Source of the DNA: Lentisphaeria bacterium
GTDB lineage: Bacteria > Verrucomicrobiota > Lentisphaeria > JABSQK01 > JAWLHB01
Reading direction: 5' to 3'
Length of the DNA: 64,000 nt
Assembly: GCA_041690595.1 (NCBI GenBank)
Contig: JAWLHB010000034.1
Span: forward strand, 1-64,000
Of this stretch, positions 1-9,200 are shown piece after piece (the stretch's first letter is position 1; each line of letters opens with the position of its first letter). The notes beneath the pieces were generated by a model that was not told the origin of the DNA, did no database searches, and saw only the letters and a program-made list of their open reading frames with translations. The position numbers and the translations under genes are program-made.

Positions 1-99
1 GACGAGATGAAGTCCCATTCTATGAGCGGGCATCGTTCGCGCGCCCTTGTGCAGGCTACACCAACCGTAAATGTGTCAACTTTTCTTCAGGACTTGACA
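1..99 (-). mobile_element. Probable insertion-sequence end (family unassigned) interrupting the MmeI-like gene; continues beyond the window edge
   Basis: On the minus strand the gene reads FNGDLFK, then switches to TGTCAAGTCCTGAAGAAAAGTTGACACA and stops within 7 codons. There is a TG terminus, a 7-bp inverted repeat (GTGTCAA 73-79 / TTGACAC 94-100), an outward TTGACA and a composition change. No transposase is visible. Confidence 0.45.
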
Positions 100-882
100 C
101 TTGAAGAGGTCGCCGTTGAAGTGGAGGACTTTGTCGACGCCGAAGTAGCCGCCGTCGGCCATGGCGAGGAAGAGCTGGTGGAGTTGTCGGGCGAAGACCT
201 GGGGTTCGCGTCGGAAGTTGCGGAGGAGCTGGGTGAGGAGGGGCGGGGAGGATTCGTGGCCTTGGCGGACGGGGAGGATGTCGATGTCTTCGGCGAAGAG
301 GCAGAAGATGAGGCGATCGAGGAAGGGGGCGATCTGCAGGGGGTCTTCGCCGCTGTCGCGGAGGGTCTGGGCGAGTCTGGCGAGTTGGTGGGCGGCGGCT
401 TCGGTGATGACGGGGGAGGTGACGACGGGGCGGAGCTTGTGGGGGGCGAAGAAGAGGAAGCGGAGGATCTCGAGGTTGCGCTCGTTGCCGAGCTTGTCGA
501 TGGGGATGGTGAAGATCTGGGTGGCGGTGGCGGTGAAGTTGGTGTGGATGACGATGCGGTCCATGTCGGAGACGACAAGGAGGGGCGGGTTCTCGATGTC
601 TTCGCGGTAGTCGAGGAGCTGCTGGTAGGCTTTGTCGAGATCCTTGTGCTTGCCTTTGTACTCCCAACCAAAGTAGCCGCGCTTCCAGACGTCGGCCCAG
701 CCGTCGCCGCCGGCGCGCTTGGCGGCGCCGCGCTCGAAACAGAAGGAGTGGCCGGTGGCGTCGATGTCGGCGGGCTTGGGGTGGCCAAGGAGGTCGCAGA
801 GGTCGAGGAAGTGCTGCTGGGCAGCGGCGGATTCCTTGAGGGTGGATTTGGACCACTTGGCGATGAATTGGGCTGGATTCAT
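76..882 (-). pseudogene. 5' fragment of an MmeI/YeeA-family (type IIL/IIG) restriction-modification enzyme, truncated before the methyltransferase domain
   Basis: MmeI-like N-terminal motifs: ESAAAQQHFLDLCDLLG, GWADVWKRGYFGWEYKGKHKDLDKAYQQL, NPPLLVVSD, RLIFCLFAEDI and FNGDLF. It is only 268 aa, whereas the family is usually about 900 aa. Confidence 0.8.
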
Positions 883-1027
883 GTGGGGGGCGGTGAAGGA
901 AGTGGATGAAGTGGACGCAGTGGGTGGTGTATTTAGGGAGAAGGTACACGGTTGGCGTGGATGCGCAAGGGGAAGACGCGGGGAGGATCGGCGGGGAGGA
1001 TGGGCTGGGATGATGGGCGGGGACGAG

Positions 1028-1233
1028 CGGCGGGGCGCTGCCCCGGACCCCGCTGGGGAGGCGCACCTCCCCAGACCCCTCGATACTTCTTGTCGGGATC
1101 AGGAGATCGGATCTCCAGATCCCGACAAGCGATGGGGGATGAACGGAGAGGCGGCGACGGCGGGGACGCGGAGACGATCGGCGGGGCGCTGCCCCGGACC
1201 CCGCTGGGGAGGCGCACCTCCCCAGACCCCTCG
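1028..1233. repeat. Two identical 55-bp direct repeats (1028-1082, 1179-1233) flanking a 37-bp near-perfect palindrome (1091-1127)
   Basis: CGGCGGGGCGCTGCCCCGGACCCCGCTGGGGAGGCGCACCTCCCCAGACCCCTCG occurs twice; the palindrome is TGTCGGGATCAGGAGATCGGATCTCCAGATCCCGACA. Confidence 0.9.
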
Positions 1234-1521
1234 GTGCTTTTTTATGGGGATGAGAGGAGAGGCGGCAGGACGGGCAGGAACCACGGAGGCACGGAGGCAC
1301 GGAGAGAGCAGATCAGGGGGTTGACCACAAGGAACGCAAGGAGCGCAGAGATTGGAGTTCAAGGGGGGAAGGCACTCACTCGGCAAGCATGGATGCTCGG
1401 CAAGACTTTTTTTACGCAATCAGGATGATTGCGGCCACCTCGGCAAGCTTGGCTGCTGGACGTGGGGACGAGGAGAAGGGCACCACTTTCCTTTCGGACA
1501 GGGCAGACACACTTTCCGAGC

Positions 1522-1546
1522 AGGCAGACAGGAATGTCTGCCTCAC
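1522..1546 (-). repeat. REP-like hairpin
   Basis: AGGCAGACA-GGAA-TGTCTGCCT (9-bp stem); on the minus strand it begins with a GTGA tetranucleotide foot. A degenerate half lies at about 1500-1510. Confidence 0.6.
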
Positions 1547-1573
1547 TCGGGAAGACCTATTTTTGTTGCCGGC

Positions 1574-1601
1574 TTGACTTTTGAGTTATTCGTGCTATGC
1601 T
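1574..1601 (+). promoter_or_regulatory. Sigma-70 promoter with extended -10, upstream of the TerS-like ORF
   Basis: TTGACT (1574-1579), 16-bp spacer, TGn-TATGCT (1596-1601). Confidence 0.6.
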
Positions 1602-1650
1602 TAACGTTATCTTTCGAATGGTATTCATGGACTCTTGGGAGGGATTGACG

Positions 1651-2802
1651 ATGAGTGGGCTTAGCGGGAAGATGTGGCGGTTTGCAGGGGAGTATGTGAA
1701 GGACTTCTGTGCGGAGAAGGCGGCGCTTCGGGCGGGTTATGGGGAGTCGTTCGCGAAGGGGCGAGCGACGGATTTGCTGATGGATGGTCAGGTGGAGTTG
1801 CTGGTGCGGGAGATGGTCGCGACGCGTCGTGCGAAGGGGTATGGGTATCTGGTGAAGAGGGACTTGGCGGAACGATTGGCAAGGCGAACGAGTGGGCAGA
1901 GTTACGGACGTACCGGCAAGACGACCGATGTTTTGGCCGATGTTTTGGTCGCGCAGGCGGGGGAAGGACGTCCCGGGCTTCTGGTGAGTGCAGGCGGGGC
2001 GGGGGTGACCGAGTCGGACGAGTCGGACGAGTCGGACGAGTCGGACGCGAGTGAGTGGCACCGCCGGACCGAGAGTTCAACTGAGGACGTGGCCGAGCAG
2101 GCGATTGGCGGCACCGAGGTTTTGTCGGTGGATGGCACCGAGGTTTTGACCGAGGATTTGAGCGATGCGTCGGTGGACGGAGGTTTCGGCACCGAGGTTT
2201 TGACCGAGGATTTGGCCGATGCGTCGGTGGACGGAGGTTTGGGCACCGAGGTTTTGACCGAGGTTTTGAGCGATGCGTCGGTGGACGGAGGTTTGGGCAC
2301 CGAGGATTTCGATGCGTCGGTGGACGGAGGTTTGGGCACCGAGGTTTTGACCGAGGATTTGGCCGATGCGTCGGTGGACGGAGGTTTCGGCACCGAGGTT
2401 TTGACCGAGGTTTTCGATGCGTCGGTGGACGGAGGTTGCCGGGGATGGGGGATTAAAACGCGGGGACACGGAGACGCGGGGACGATCCCAAACAATTGGA
2501 CCGGATGGGCGGAAGGGGCAAATGGACGGGATGGACGGGATCATTCGACCGATCTTTCGACCGATCTTTTTGTCCGCAGGGGACCGGCAACCTGTCGTCA
2601 CTCGGAGATCGGCTCACTGGTAAGTCCCGTGGAATTGAGCGTACGCGGGGGAGGGGGCAATGGCAATGGCAGGGCCGTTGGAAACGGCCCAATCGCGGTT
2701 CGGAGAACCCCTCCCACTTTGAGGTCAGCGCAAGGGCGGAACGAGCGTGGACTTATGAACAAAAACGTCCGGGCAACGGCCGGGAAGGGACTCCCACATT
2801 GA
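1651..2802 (+). CDS. Orphan protein: terminase small subunit-like N-terminal HTH plus a long acidic tandem-repeat/low-complexity tail
   Basis: The N-terminus LSGKMWRFAGEYVKDFCAEKAALRAGYGESFAKGRATDLL matches the TerS pattern LxxKxxRFxxEYxxDxxAxxAAxRAGY. GGGAGGGA RBS at 1637-1644 and an upstream promoter. The C-terminal half may be read-through into repeats. Confidence 0.55.
   Translation: MSGLSGKMWRFAGEYVKDFCAEKAALRAGYGESFAKGRATDLLMDGQVELLVREMVATRRAKGYGYLVKRDLAERLARRTSGQSYGRTGKTTDVLADVLVAQAGEGRPGLLVSAGGAGVTESDESDESDESDASEWHRRTESSTEDVAEQAIGGTEVLSVDGTEVLTEDLSDASVDGGFGTEVLTEDLADASVDGGLGTEVLTEVLSDASVDGGLGTEDFDASVDGGLGTEVLTEDLADASVDGGFGTEVLTEVFDASVDGGCRGWGIKTRGHGDAGTIPNNWTGWAEGANGRDGRDHSTDLSTDLFVRRGPATCRHSEIGSLVSPVELSVRGGGGNGNGRAVGNGPIAVRRTPPTLRSAQGRNERGLMNKNVRATAGKGLPH
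2011..2046 (+). repeat. (GAGTCGGAC)x4 microsatellite
   Basis: Four perfect 9-bp units, encoding ESD x4. Confidence 0.95.
2110..2439 (+). repeat. Tandem array of 54-bp units with deletion variants
   Basis: Units start at 2110, 2134, 2188, 2242, 2296, 2335 and 2389 (lengths 24/54/54/54/39/54/51). Consensus GGCACCGAGGTTTTGACCGAGGATTTGGCCGATGCGTCGGTGGACGGAGGTTT. Confidence 0.95.
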
Positions 2803-2844
2803 ACTCAAGACGGGGGCGGTATTTTGGGTGGAGCGCCGTGCCTA

Positions 2845-2873
2845 TTGACACTGGCGGTGCTGGGGGGCATAGT
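2845..2873 (+). promoter_or_regulatory. Sigma-70 promoter for the sulfatase operon
   Basis: TTGACA, 17-bp spacer, CATAGT. Confidence 0.6.
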
Positions 2874-2911
2874 GTCGAAATCATCAACTTCATGGAAGGG
2901 ATACGCTCGCG

Positions 2912-4402
2912 ATGAAAGCTATCATGGTCATGTTCGACTCGCTCAACCGGCGCTACCTTCCCAACTACGGCTGCGACTGGACGCATGCGCCCAACTTCCA
3001 GCGCCTTGGCGACCGCGCCGTAACCTTCGACCGGGCCTACGTCGGCAGCATGCCCTGCATGCCGGCCCGGCGCGAGCTGCACACCGGCCGTTACAACTTT
3101 CTCCATCGCACCTGGGGCCCCCTCGAACCCTTCGACGACTCCATGCCTGAACTCCTCAAGGAGAAGGGCGTCTATACCCATCTCGTCAGTGACCACTATC
3201 ATTATCTCGAAGATGGCGGCGCCACCTATCACCAGCGGTATTCGAGCTACGAGATGGTGCGCGGACAGGAGGGCGACCCTTGGAAGGGACACGTCCCCGC
3301 CCCCGGCGACGACGACCACGTCGATCATCCCGGCGCGCCCTCCCAGCGGCAGGACACCATCAACCGCTCCTACATGAAGGAGCTCGGCGATTTCCCCCAG
3401 GCCCAGACCTTTGCCCACGCCGAGCACTTCCTGCGCACCAATCACCAGGCCGACAACTGGTTCCTCCATGTGGAGACCTTCGATCCCCACGAGCCCTTCT
3501 TCAGTCATCCCGACTTCCACGGCTTCTATCCCGACGACTATCGCGGCCCCCGCTTCGACTGGCCCGGCTACTGCAAGGTCACCGAGAGCGACGACAAGAT
3601 CCGTCATCTGCGCCACAACTACGCGGCCCTGCTCTCCATGTGCGACCACTTCCTCGGCCGCATCCTCGACATGATGGATGAGTACGAGATGTGGGACGAC
3701 ACCCTGCTCATCGTCAACACCGACCACGGTTACCTGTTGGGCGAGCATGGCTGGTGGGCGAAATGCGTGATGCCCTTCTGGAACGAAGTCGCGCACATGC
3801 CTCTCTTCATCTGGGATCCGCGCTGCGGCTGTCGCGGCGAGCGCCGTCAGAGCCTGGTGCAGACCATCGACCTTCCCGCCACCCTCCTCGATTACTTCGG
3901 GCTCCAGGTGCCGCCCGACATGCAGGGGGTGCCGCTGCGCGAGACCATCGCCGGCGATGTGCCGGTGCGGCAGGCTGGCCTCTTCGGCATCTTCGGCGCC
4001 CACGTCAATGTCACCGATGGCCGCCACGTCTATATGCGGGCACCGGCCGGCGATCGCAATGGCCCCATGTACGAGTACACCGTCATGCCCACTCAGCACG
4101 GGAAGGGGCGCGCCTTCATCCCGCTCGACCGCCTCCGTCATGCGACCATGGCCCCGCCCTTTACTTTCACCAAGGGATGTCCGCTCATGAAGCTGCCCGG
4201 CCAGGGCAAATGGGCCACCCACGAGTATGGCACCCTGCTTTATGACCTCGACCGTGATCCCGCCCAGCAGCAGCCGATCGAGGATGCCGCCATCGAGCAG
4301 AAGATGCTCACCCACCTCGTCGACCTCATGAGCGCCAACGACTGCCCCCCCGAGCAGTACACGCGGCTCGGTCTTCCCCAACCGGAGCAGGATGGCGGAT
4401 GA
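2912..4402 (+). CDS. Formylglycine-dependent sulfatase (S1 family)
   Basis: N-terminal MFDSL, CxPxR motif (CMPAR), DPHEP, TDHG and C-terminal LYDLxxDP. Confidence 0.9.
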   Translation: MKAIMVMFDSLNRRYLPNYGCDWTHAPNFQRLGDRAVTFDRAYVGSMPCMPARRELHTGRYNFLHRTWGPLEPFDDSMPELLKEKGVYTHLVSDHYHYLEDGGATYHQRYSSYEMVRGQEGDPWKGHVPAPGDDDHVDHPGAPSQRQDTINRSYMKELGDFPQAQTFAHAEHFLRTNHQADNWFLHVETFDPHEPFFSHPDFHGFYPDDYRGPRFDWPGYCKVTESDDKIRHLRHNYAALLSMCDHFLGRILDMMDEYEMWDDTLLIVNTDHGYLLGEHGWWAKCVMPFWNEVAHMPLFIWDPRCGCRGERRQSLVQTIDLPATLLDYFGLQVPPDMQGVPLRETIAGDVPVRQAGLFGIFGAHVNVTDGRHVYMRAPAGDRNGPMYEYTVMPTQHGKGRAFIPLDRLRHATMAPPFTFTKGCPLMKLPGQGKWATHEYGTLLYDLDRDPAQQQPIEDAAIEQKMLTHLVDLMSANDCPPEQYTRLGLPQPEQDGG

Positions 4403-6174
4403 GCCACGCGCCGGCAACCTCTGGTCAACCGCCAAAACGCCCGCGCCGATCCTTTCGCCGCCCGCGCTTTCACCGCGCCTTTCTCGGCCTCTTCCTCCTC
4501 GGCTTTGTCTGGCTGGCCATGGCCACCGTCTCCGACTATGGCCCCATGTGGGATTGCTGGGAGTACTACATCGGCGACAAGAATCTCGCCTTCTTCATGA
4601 GCGGTGACATCGACTACATCCGCAAGCCGCTCGTCAATCTCGACATCTATCAGCGGGGCGATCACCCGGACTGGTATGCTCTCTACGGCGCCCTCCAGGG
4701 CAACGATGCCGTCGAAGTGCCTCATCTCATCTGGCCACTGGGGCCGACTCTCGGCGCGCTGACCAAAAGGATCTTCTGGGATTGGCTCCCAGTCTTCGAT
4801 CCCATCGCCGCCCAGCACCTGATCAACATCTTCCTCGTGGCCCTGATGCTGGCTGTGATCTACCGCTTCACCCGGCTTCGGCTGGGGCTCTGGGCGGCCG
4901 TGATCGGCATCCTCGTCACCGCCACCTATCCGCGCTTCTGGGCGCACATGCAGAACAACGTCAAGGATGTGCCCTCCGCCGTCATGTTCTCGCTGGTCGT
5001 CATCGTGGTGGTCGAAGCTGTACGCCGCCACGCCTGGAAACAGATGCTCGCCGCCGCGGTGCTCTGGGGGCTGGCCCTGGCGACCAAAGCCAACGCCATC
5101 TTTGTCCCCGTCGTCGTGGCCCCATGGTTCATCCTCACCCTCTGGCTGCGCTATCGTCGCCGCGGCAGGATCATCGACGGCCGCATGATTGTCGCCATTG
5201 CCGCCGTCCCCTTCATCGGCTTTGCCGTCATGCTCCTCGCGTGGCCCCTCCTGCTCGTCGATTTCCCGCACCAGCTCATGCTCTACCTCAACTCCCTGGT
5301 CGAGCGGGGCGTGGAGAGCGGCGACGCGGCCGTCTGGACGCTCCGTCCCCTCGTCGACGCCATCGTCACCATGCCCATCCCCGTCCTGATCCTGCTTTTC
5401 GCCGGCGTTGCCACCATGTTCTGGGATGTCTGGCGCCGCCGCCGCCTTCCACCCGTCTACCTCCTCGCCCTCACCTGGTTGATCGTGCCCGTCCTGCGCG
5501 TCTCCGTCCCCGGTGCACGTGATTTCGATGTCATCCGTCATTGGCTCGAGTTTGTGCCGGCGGTGGCCATGATCGCCGGCATCGGGGGGCAGCGCCTCCT
5601 GCGCCTCGCTTTCCGCTGGCTGCGCCGACGGACCGTTGCGACGCCCCTCTGGCGCTGGCGCCGCGCCGTCGCCCTGGCCGCGATCGTCCTCTGGATGCTC
5701 CCCACGATGGTCTGGTCATGCCGCAACCATCCGTACCAGCTCGTCTTCTACAACAGCCTCATTGGCGGCCTCGATGGCGCCCGCGCCAGGCAGATGCCCG
5801 ACGCCAACGACTACTGGGCCGGCTCCTATCGGCAGGGGCTCGCCTGGCTGGCCGCCAACGCCGATCTGGATGCCTGGCTGATGGTCGGCATGGCCGAGCA
5901 TATCGTCTTGGCCGTGCGCGAAATCTGGCTTCGCCCCGATCTTCAGATGAAGCCCGTCACCGGCCGTCCCCCGGCCATCCTCATTGACGACATTGCTCAG
6001 ACCGGCGCCACCACCTACATCATGTACGCCATACGCCCCGAGTGGTACCATCCCATCGTTCCCGCCCTCGAAGGCAATGCCGAGACCGTCCACGAGATCC
6101 GCGTCGATGGCGCCGTCATCCTGCGCATCCTCAAGCTCACCGTCACCCGCGAAGCTCCACCCTCCAGCCGGTAG
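4399..6174 (+). CDS. Multi-pass membrane glycosyltransferase (GT-C, GT39/ArnT-like)
   Basis: Many hydrophobic helices; motifs PMWD, PRFWAHxxNNxKD, GLALATK and YQLVFYNxLIGG...DYW. ATGA overlap with the sulfatase. Confidence 0.7.
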   Translation: MSHAPATSGQPPKRPRRSFRRPRFHRAFLGLFLLGFVWLAMATVSDYGPMWDCWEYYIGDKNLAFFMSGDIDYIRKPLVNLDIYQRGDHPDWYALYGALQGNDAVEVPHLIWPLGPTLGALTKRIFWDWLPVFDPIAAQHLINIFLVALMLAVIYRFTRLRLGLWAAVIGILVTATYPRFWAHMQNNVKDVPSAVMFSLVVIVVVEAVRRHAWKQMLAAAVLWGLALATKANAIFVPVVVAPWFILTLWLRYRRRGRIIDGRMIVAIAAVPFIGFAVMLLAWPLLLVDFPHQLMLYLNSLVERGVESGDAAVWTLRPLVDAIVTMPIPVLILLFAGVATMFWDVWRRRRLPPVYLLALTWLIVPVLRVSVPGARDFDVIRHWLEFVPAVAMIAGIGGQRLLRLAFRWLRRRTVATPLWRWRRAVALAAIVLWMLPTMVWSCRNHPYQLVFYNSLIGGLDGARARQMPDANDYWAGSYRQGLAWLAANADLDAWLMVGMAEHIVLAVREIWLRPDLQMKPVTGRPPAILIDDIAQTGATTYIMYAIRPEWYHPIVPALEGNAETVHEIRVDGAVILRILKLTVTREAPPSSR

Positions 6175-6200
6175 GCCACCGCGTCCGGGTGCGCCGCGCC

Positions 6201-9200
6201 TCACTGGGCGCGGATCGAGTCGATTGCCTGGGTGATGGCCTGACGAAAGGCATCGCTCGCTTCGCGGGCACGAAGCTCTTCGAGAGCCGGCAGGAGCGAC
6301 CGCGCTCCGGCGCCAAGCCGCGACAGGATCTGCACCGCCAGCATGCGGACCCGCGGATCTTCATCCCGCAACGCTCTCTCCAGCAAGGGCAGATGGCGCC
6401 GTTCGCCACTTCCCATGCTGCCCAGCACGGCAATGACCCGTTCCCGCGTCGTCGCGTTGCCGCTCTCATAAGCCCGTTCCAACTGCGGCAAGGCAATGGC
6501 CGACTGGGGACCCAGCTCCTGAAGTGCCGCCATCGCCCCTTCCCGCACATCCAGCGTGTCGTGACTCAGCGCCCGCCCCAGGTACGGAATGCCCCGCGCC
6601 CCGATCCCCGCCATGCACCGAATGGCGCTTTGTCGCAGCTCTTCCGACGAACTCTGCAGGTACGGCGCGACCTCCGGCAGGGCAGGGGCCGCCGCGGGCC
6701 CGATCCTGCCAAGCGCCCGCAGCACTTCCCGATTGTCGTACTTCTCCGGACTTCCCAACGCCTTGCGGAGGTCGATCACCGCGGGGGCCGCCGCCTCGCC
6801 CATCAAGCCGATTGTCAGGATCGCCGCCGATCGATAGCTCCGGTCCGGCGTGTTGAGCAGCTCGTTGCGGAGGCGCAGAAGAGCCGGCGCGCCGATCTGC
6901 GCCAGGGCGGTCGCGGCCTGCGACCGGTTTTGCGGCATCCCCAGCGCCTTGAGCAGGAGCGGCACCGACGCCTCCCCGATTCGGCCAAGCGCCTCCAGCG
7001 CCGCGCGGCGAATGTCGTCTTGCGGAACCCCCATCAGTGCACCCAATTCGTCCACCGCGGATTGCGCCGGCGGCCCGATCCGCCCCAGCGTATCGATCGC
7101 CCGCCGGGTGGCGCGGCTTTGCCGGCTCAGAAGTGAACGAAGGAGCGGCACCGCCGGTTCACCTATTGCCGCCAGCGCCAGGCTGGCCGCTTCCGCCAGC
7201 CGCTCGTCCTCGCCCTCCGCCAGCACCAGCGCCAGGTACTCGCGTGCCTGGCCCGAAGCCCCGCCGATGTTGCCCAGCTCGCGGATCGCCGTCAGTTGCG
7301 TATCGATGGTTGGCGCATGCCGGGCGCTCCAGAGAAAGTAGGCCAGGTTCTCCCGTTGCGCCGGAACGCCGATGGCGGCGAGCGCCTGTGCGGCCGCCTG
7401 CGCCCGGTCGGGAGAACTCTCTCTCAGGATATCGAGGATGATGGGCCGCGCCACACCCGCTCCCGGGCCGATCGCGCCAAGCGTGGCCATGATCGCCTCC
7501 CCACCGGACGTGCGATGATGTCGCTCCAGATATTCCGCCAGCGCCGGCGCCGCCTCGGCGGCCTGGGTGCCCAGGCTCCACAGGAGAGTGAGCACCTGCT
7601 GCTGATACGCGCTGCCGCTATCGGCAAAGCCCGTCATGAGCACCGGCACCGCCGCGGAACCGAGCGCTCTCACCGCCTGGCTGTCACCGCGTTGCACGTA
7701 GTAAGGCGCCCAGGCAACCTCCGGGATAGCCGGCTCCATCCGCGACAAAACCTGTACCGCCGCCGATCGCGCATACTCGTTGCCGCTACGCAGCAGCCCC
7801 AGAAGATCTCCGGCAATGGTCGGACCTATCGCCAGAAGTGCCGCTTCCGCCGCGGTACGCAGATCGCGATCTTCATTCCCCAGCAAAGGCAGGAGCAGAG
7901 GCGCGGCAGGGCGGGCCGATTCACCAAGACGCTCGAAGACCTGCAGCGCGTGATACTGCACCCCGCGGTCGTTGCTGGTCAACGCCTGCTTCAACTCCGG
8001 CAGCAGTTGATCCCCCAGCGCCACCAGTGGCTCCACCTTCCCGTCATATAGAAAATAGTCGGCATACCGCGGTTCCAGCGGCACCGGCAGCACCGCCAGT
8101 GTCGCCGCCGCTTCCTGCCGGGCCTTACCCTGCGCTCGCGCAAAAAGCCCATGCACGCGCGCCACCGCCTCATCCGGCGCCGGCTGCCATCGGCGGATCG
8201 CCTGCAACGCATACAGCACCACCACCTCGTCGGCATCCTCCAACTGCGCCAGCAGTGGCGATCGGAACGACTCATGCGCTTCGCCAAGATCGCCCATCAC
8301 CGTCGTGGCCATGCGCCGAACCGTCACATCCGGGTGTGCAAGCAGCTCGATCAGGCGTGGCCGAAAGCGGGCCACGGTCTCGCTTGATGCGGTTCGCAGC
8401 CGCTGCATGCCGAGCTGCAGCGCTTCAGCCTCGTTACTGGCCAGCAACTCGTGGATCCCGGCTACCCGCTCTCCCGATGGCACCTCTTCCCCCTCCTTGT
8501 CCGCAAGCAGAAACCAGCCGATTCCCAGAACCAGCCCGACAGCCGCCATCACCAGCCCGACCTTCAGCTTCCGCGGCCGCCCTCGCACCTCCACCGGAGG
8601 CTCCGCTTCGTCCAGTAGCACCGCCTCTTCCGCCTCCGCCACCGACTCGTTCTGCCGGTCCCGCCGTTCTTCCCGGGCTTTCTGCAGCGAGGCCCGCCGG
8701 TCGGGCTGTGTCAGCCGTGGCAAGCGCTCCTGGTAGGCTGGCGGCAGGAGGGCAAAAAGCTCTTCCGCCGAAGCCGCCCGGTGCTCCTTCTCGCCATCCA
8801 CCGAGGCTTTCACGATAGCATCGATCCAGGTCGGCAGCCCCTCCACGATCTCCGATGGCAGCGCAAACGAAATCCGGTCGTATCCCGTTGCCAGCCTATA
8901 GAGCATCAGCCCGAAGGAATAGACGTCGCTGCGCGCATCGATCACTTCCCCCCGCTTCTGCTCGGGGCTCATGTAGGAATAGGTGCCCACCAGCGCCATC
9001 CCCTGCGCCGACTCCTGCTCCAGATTCATGCTCATCGAGAACTCGGCCATCTCCCGCAGGTGCGCATCCCCCGTCAGCGCCACCAGCCCGAAATCCGACA
9101 GCTTCGCCAGCAGCTCTCCCTCCGCCGGCTGATGCAGCAGGATGTTGCCCGGCTTGATGTCCCGGTGTACCAGCCCCTCGTTGTGCAGATCCGCCAACGC

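Noticed and set aside
7..909. 300-aa plus-strand ORF
   Set aside because: Antisense shadow of the MmeI-like gene caused by GC-rich codon bias.
2110..2439. Tandem array as a CRISPR array
   Set aside because: Units are contiguous with no unique spacers, lengths keep frame inside an ORF, and there are no cas genes.
1902..2601. Minus-strand repeat ORFs (197 aa and 174 aa)
   Set aside because: They are antisense translations of the tandem array with no RBS or domain; the plus frame has the promoter, RBS and motif.
1597..2802. Prophage
   Set aside because: Only a TerS-like HTH is present; no TerL, portal, capsid, tail, integrase or att sites were seen.
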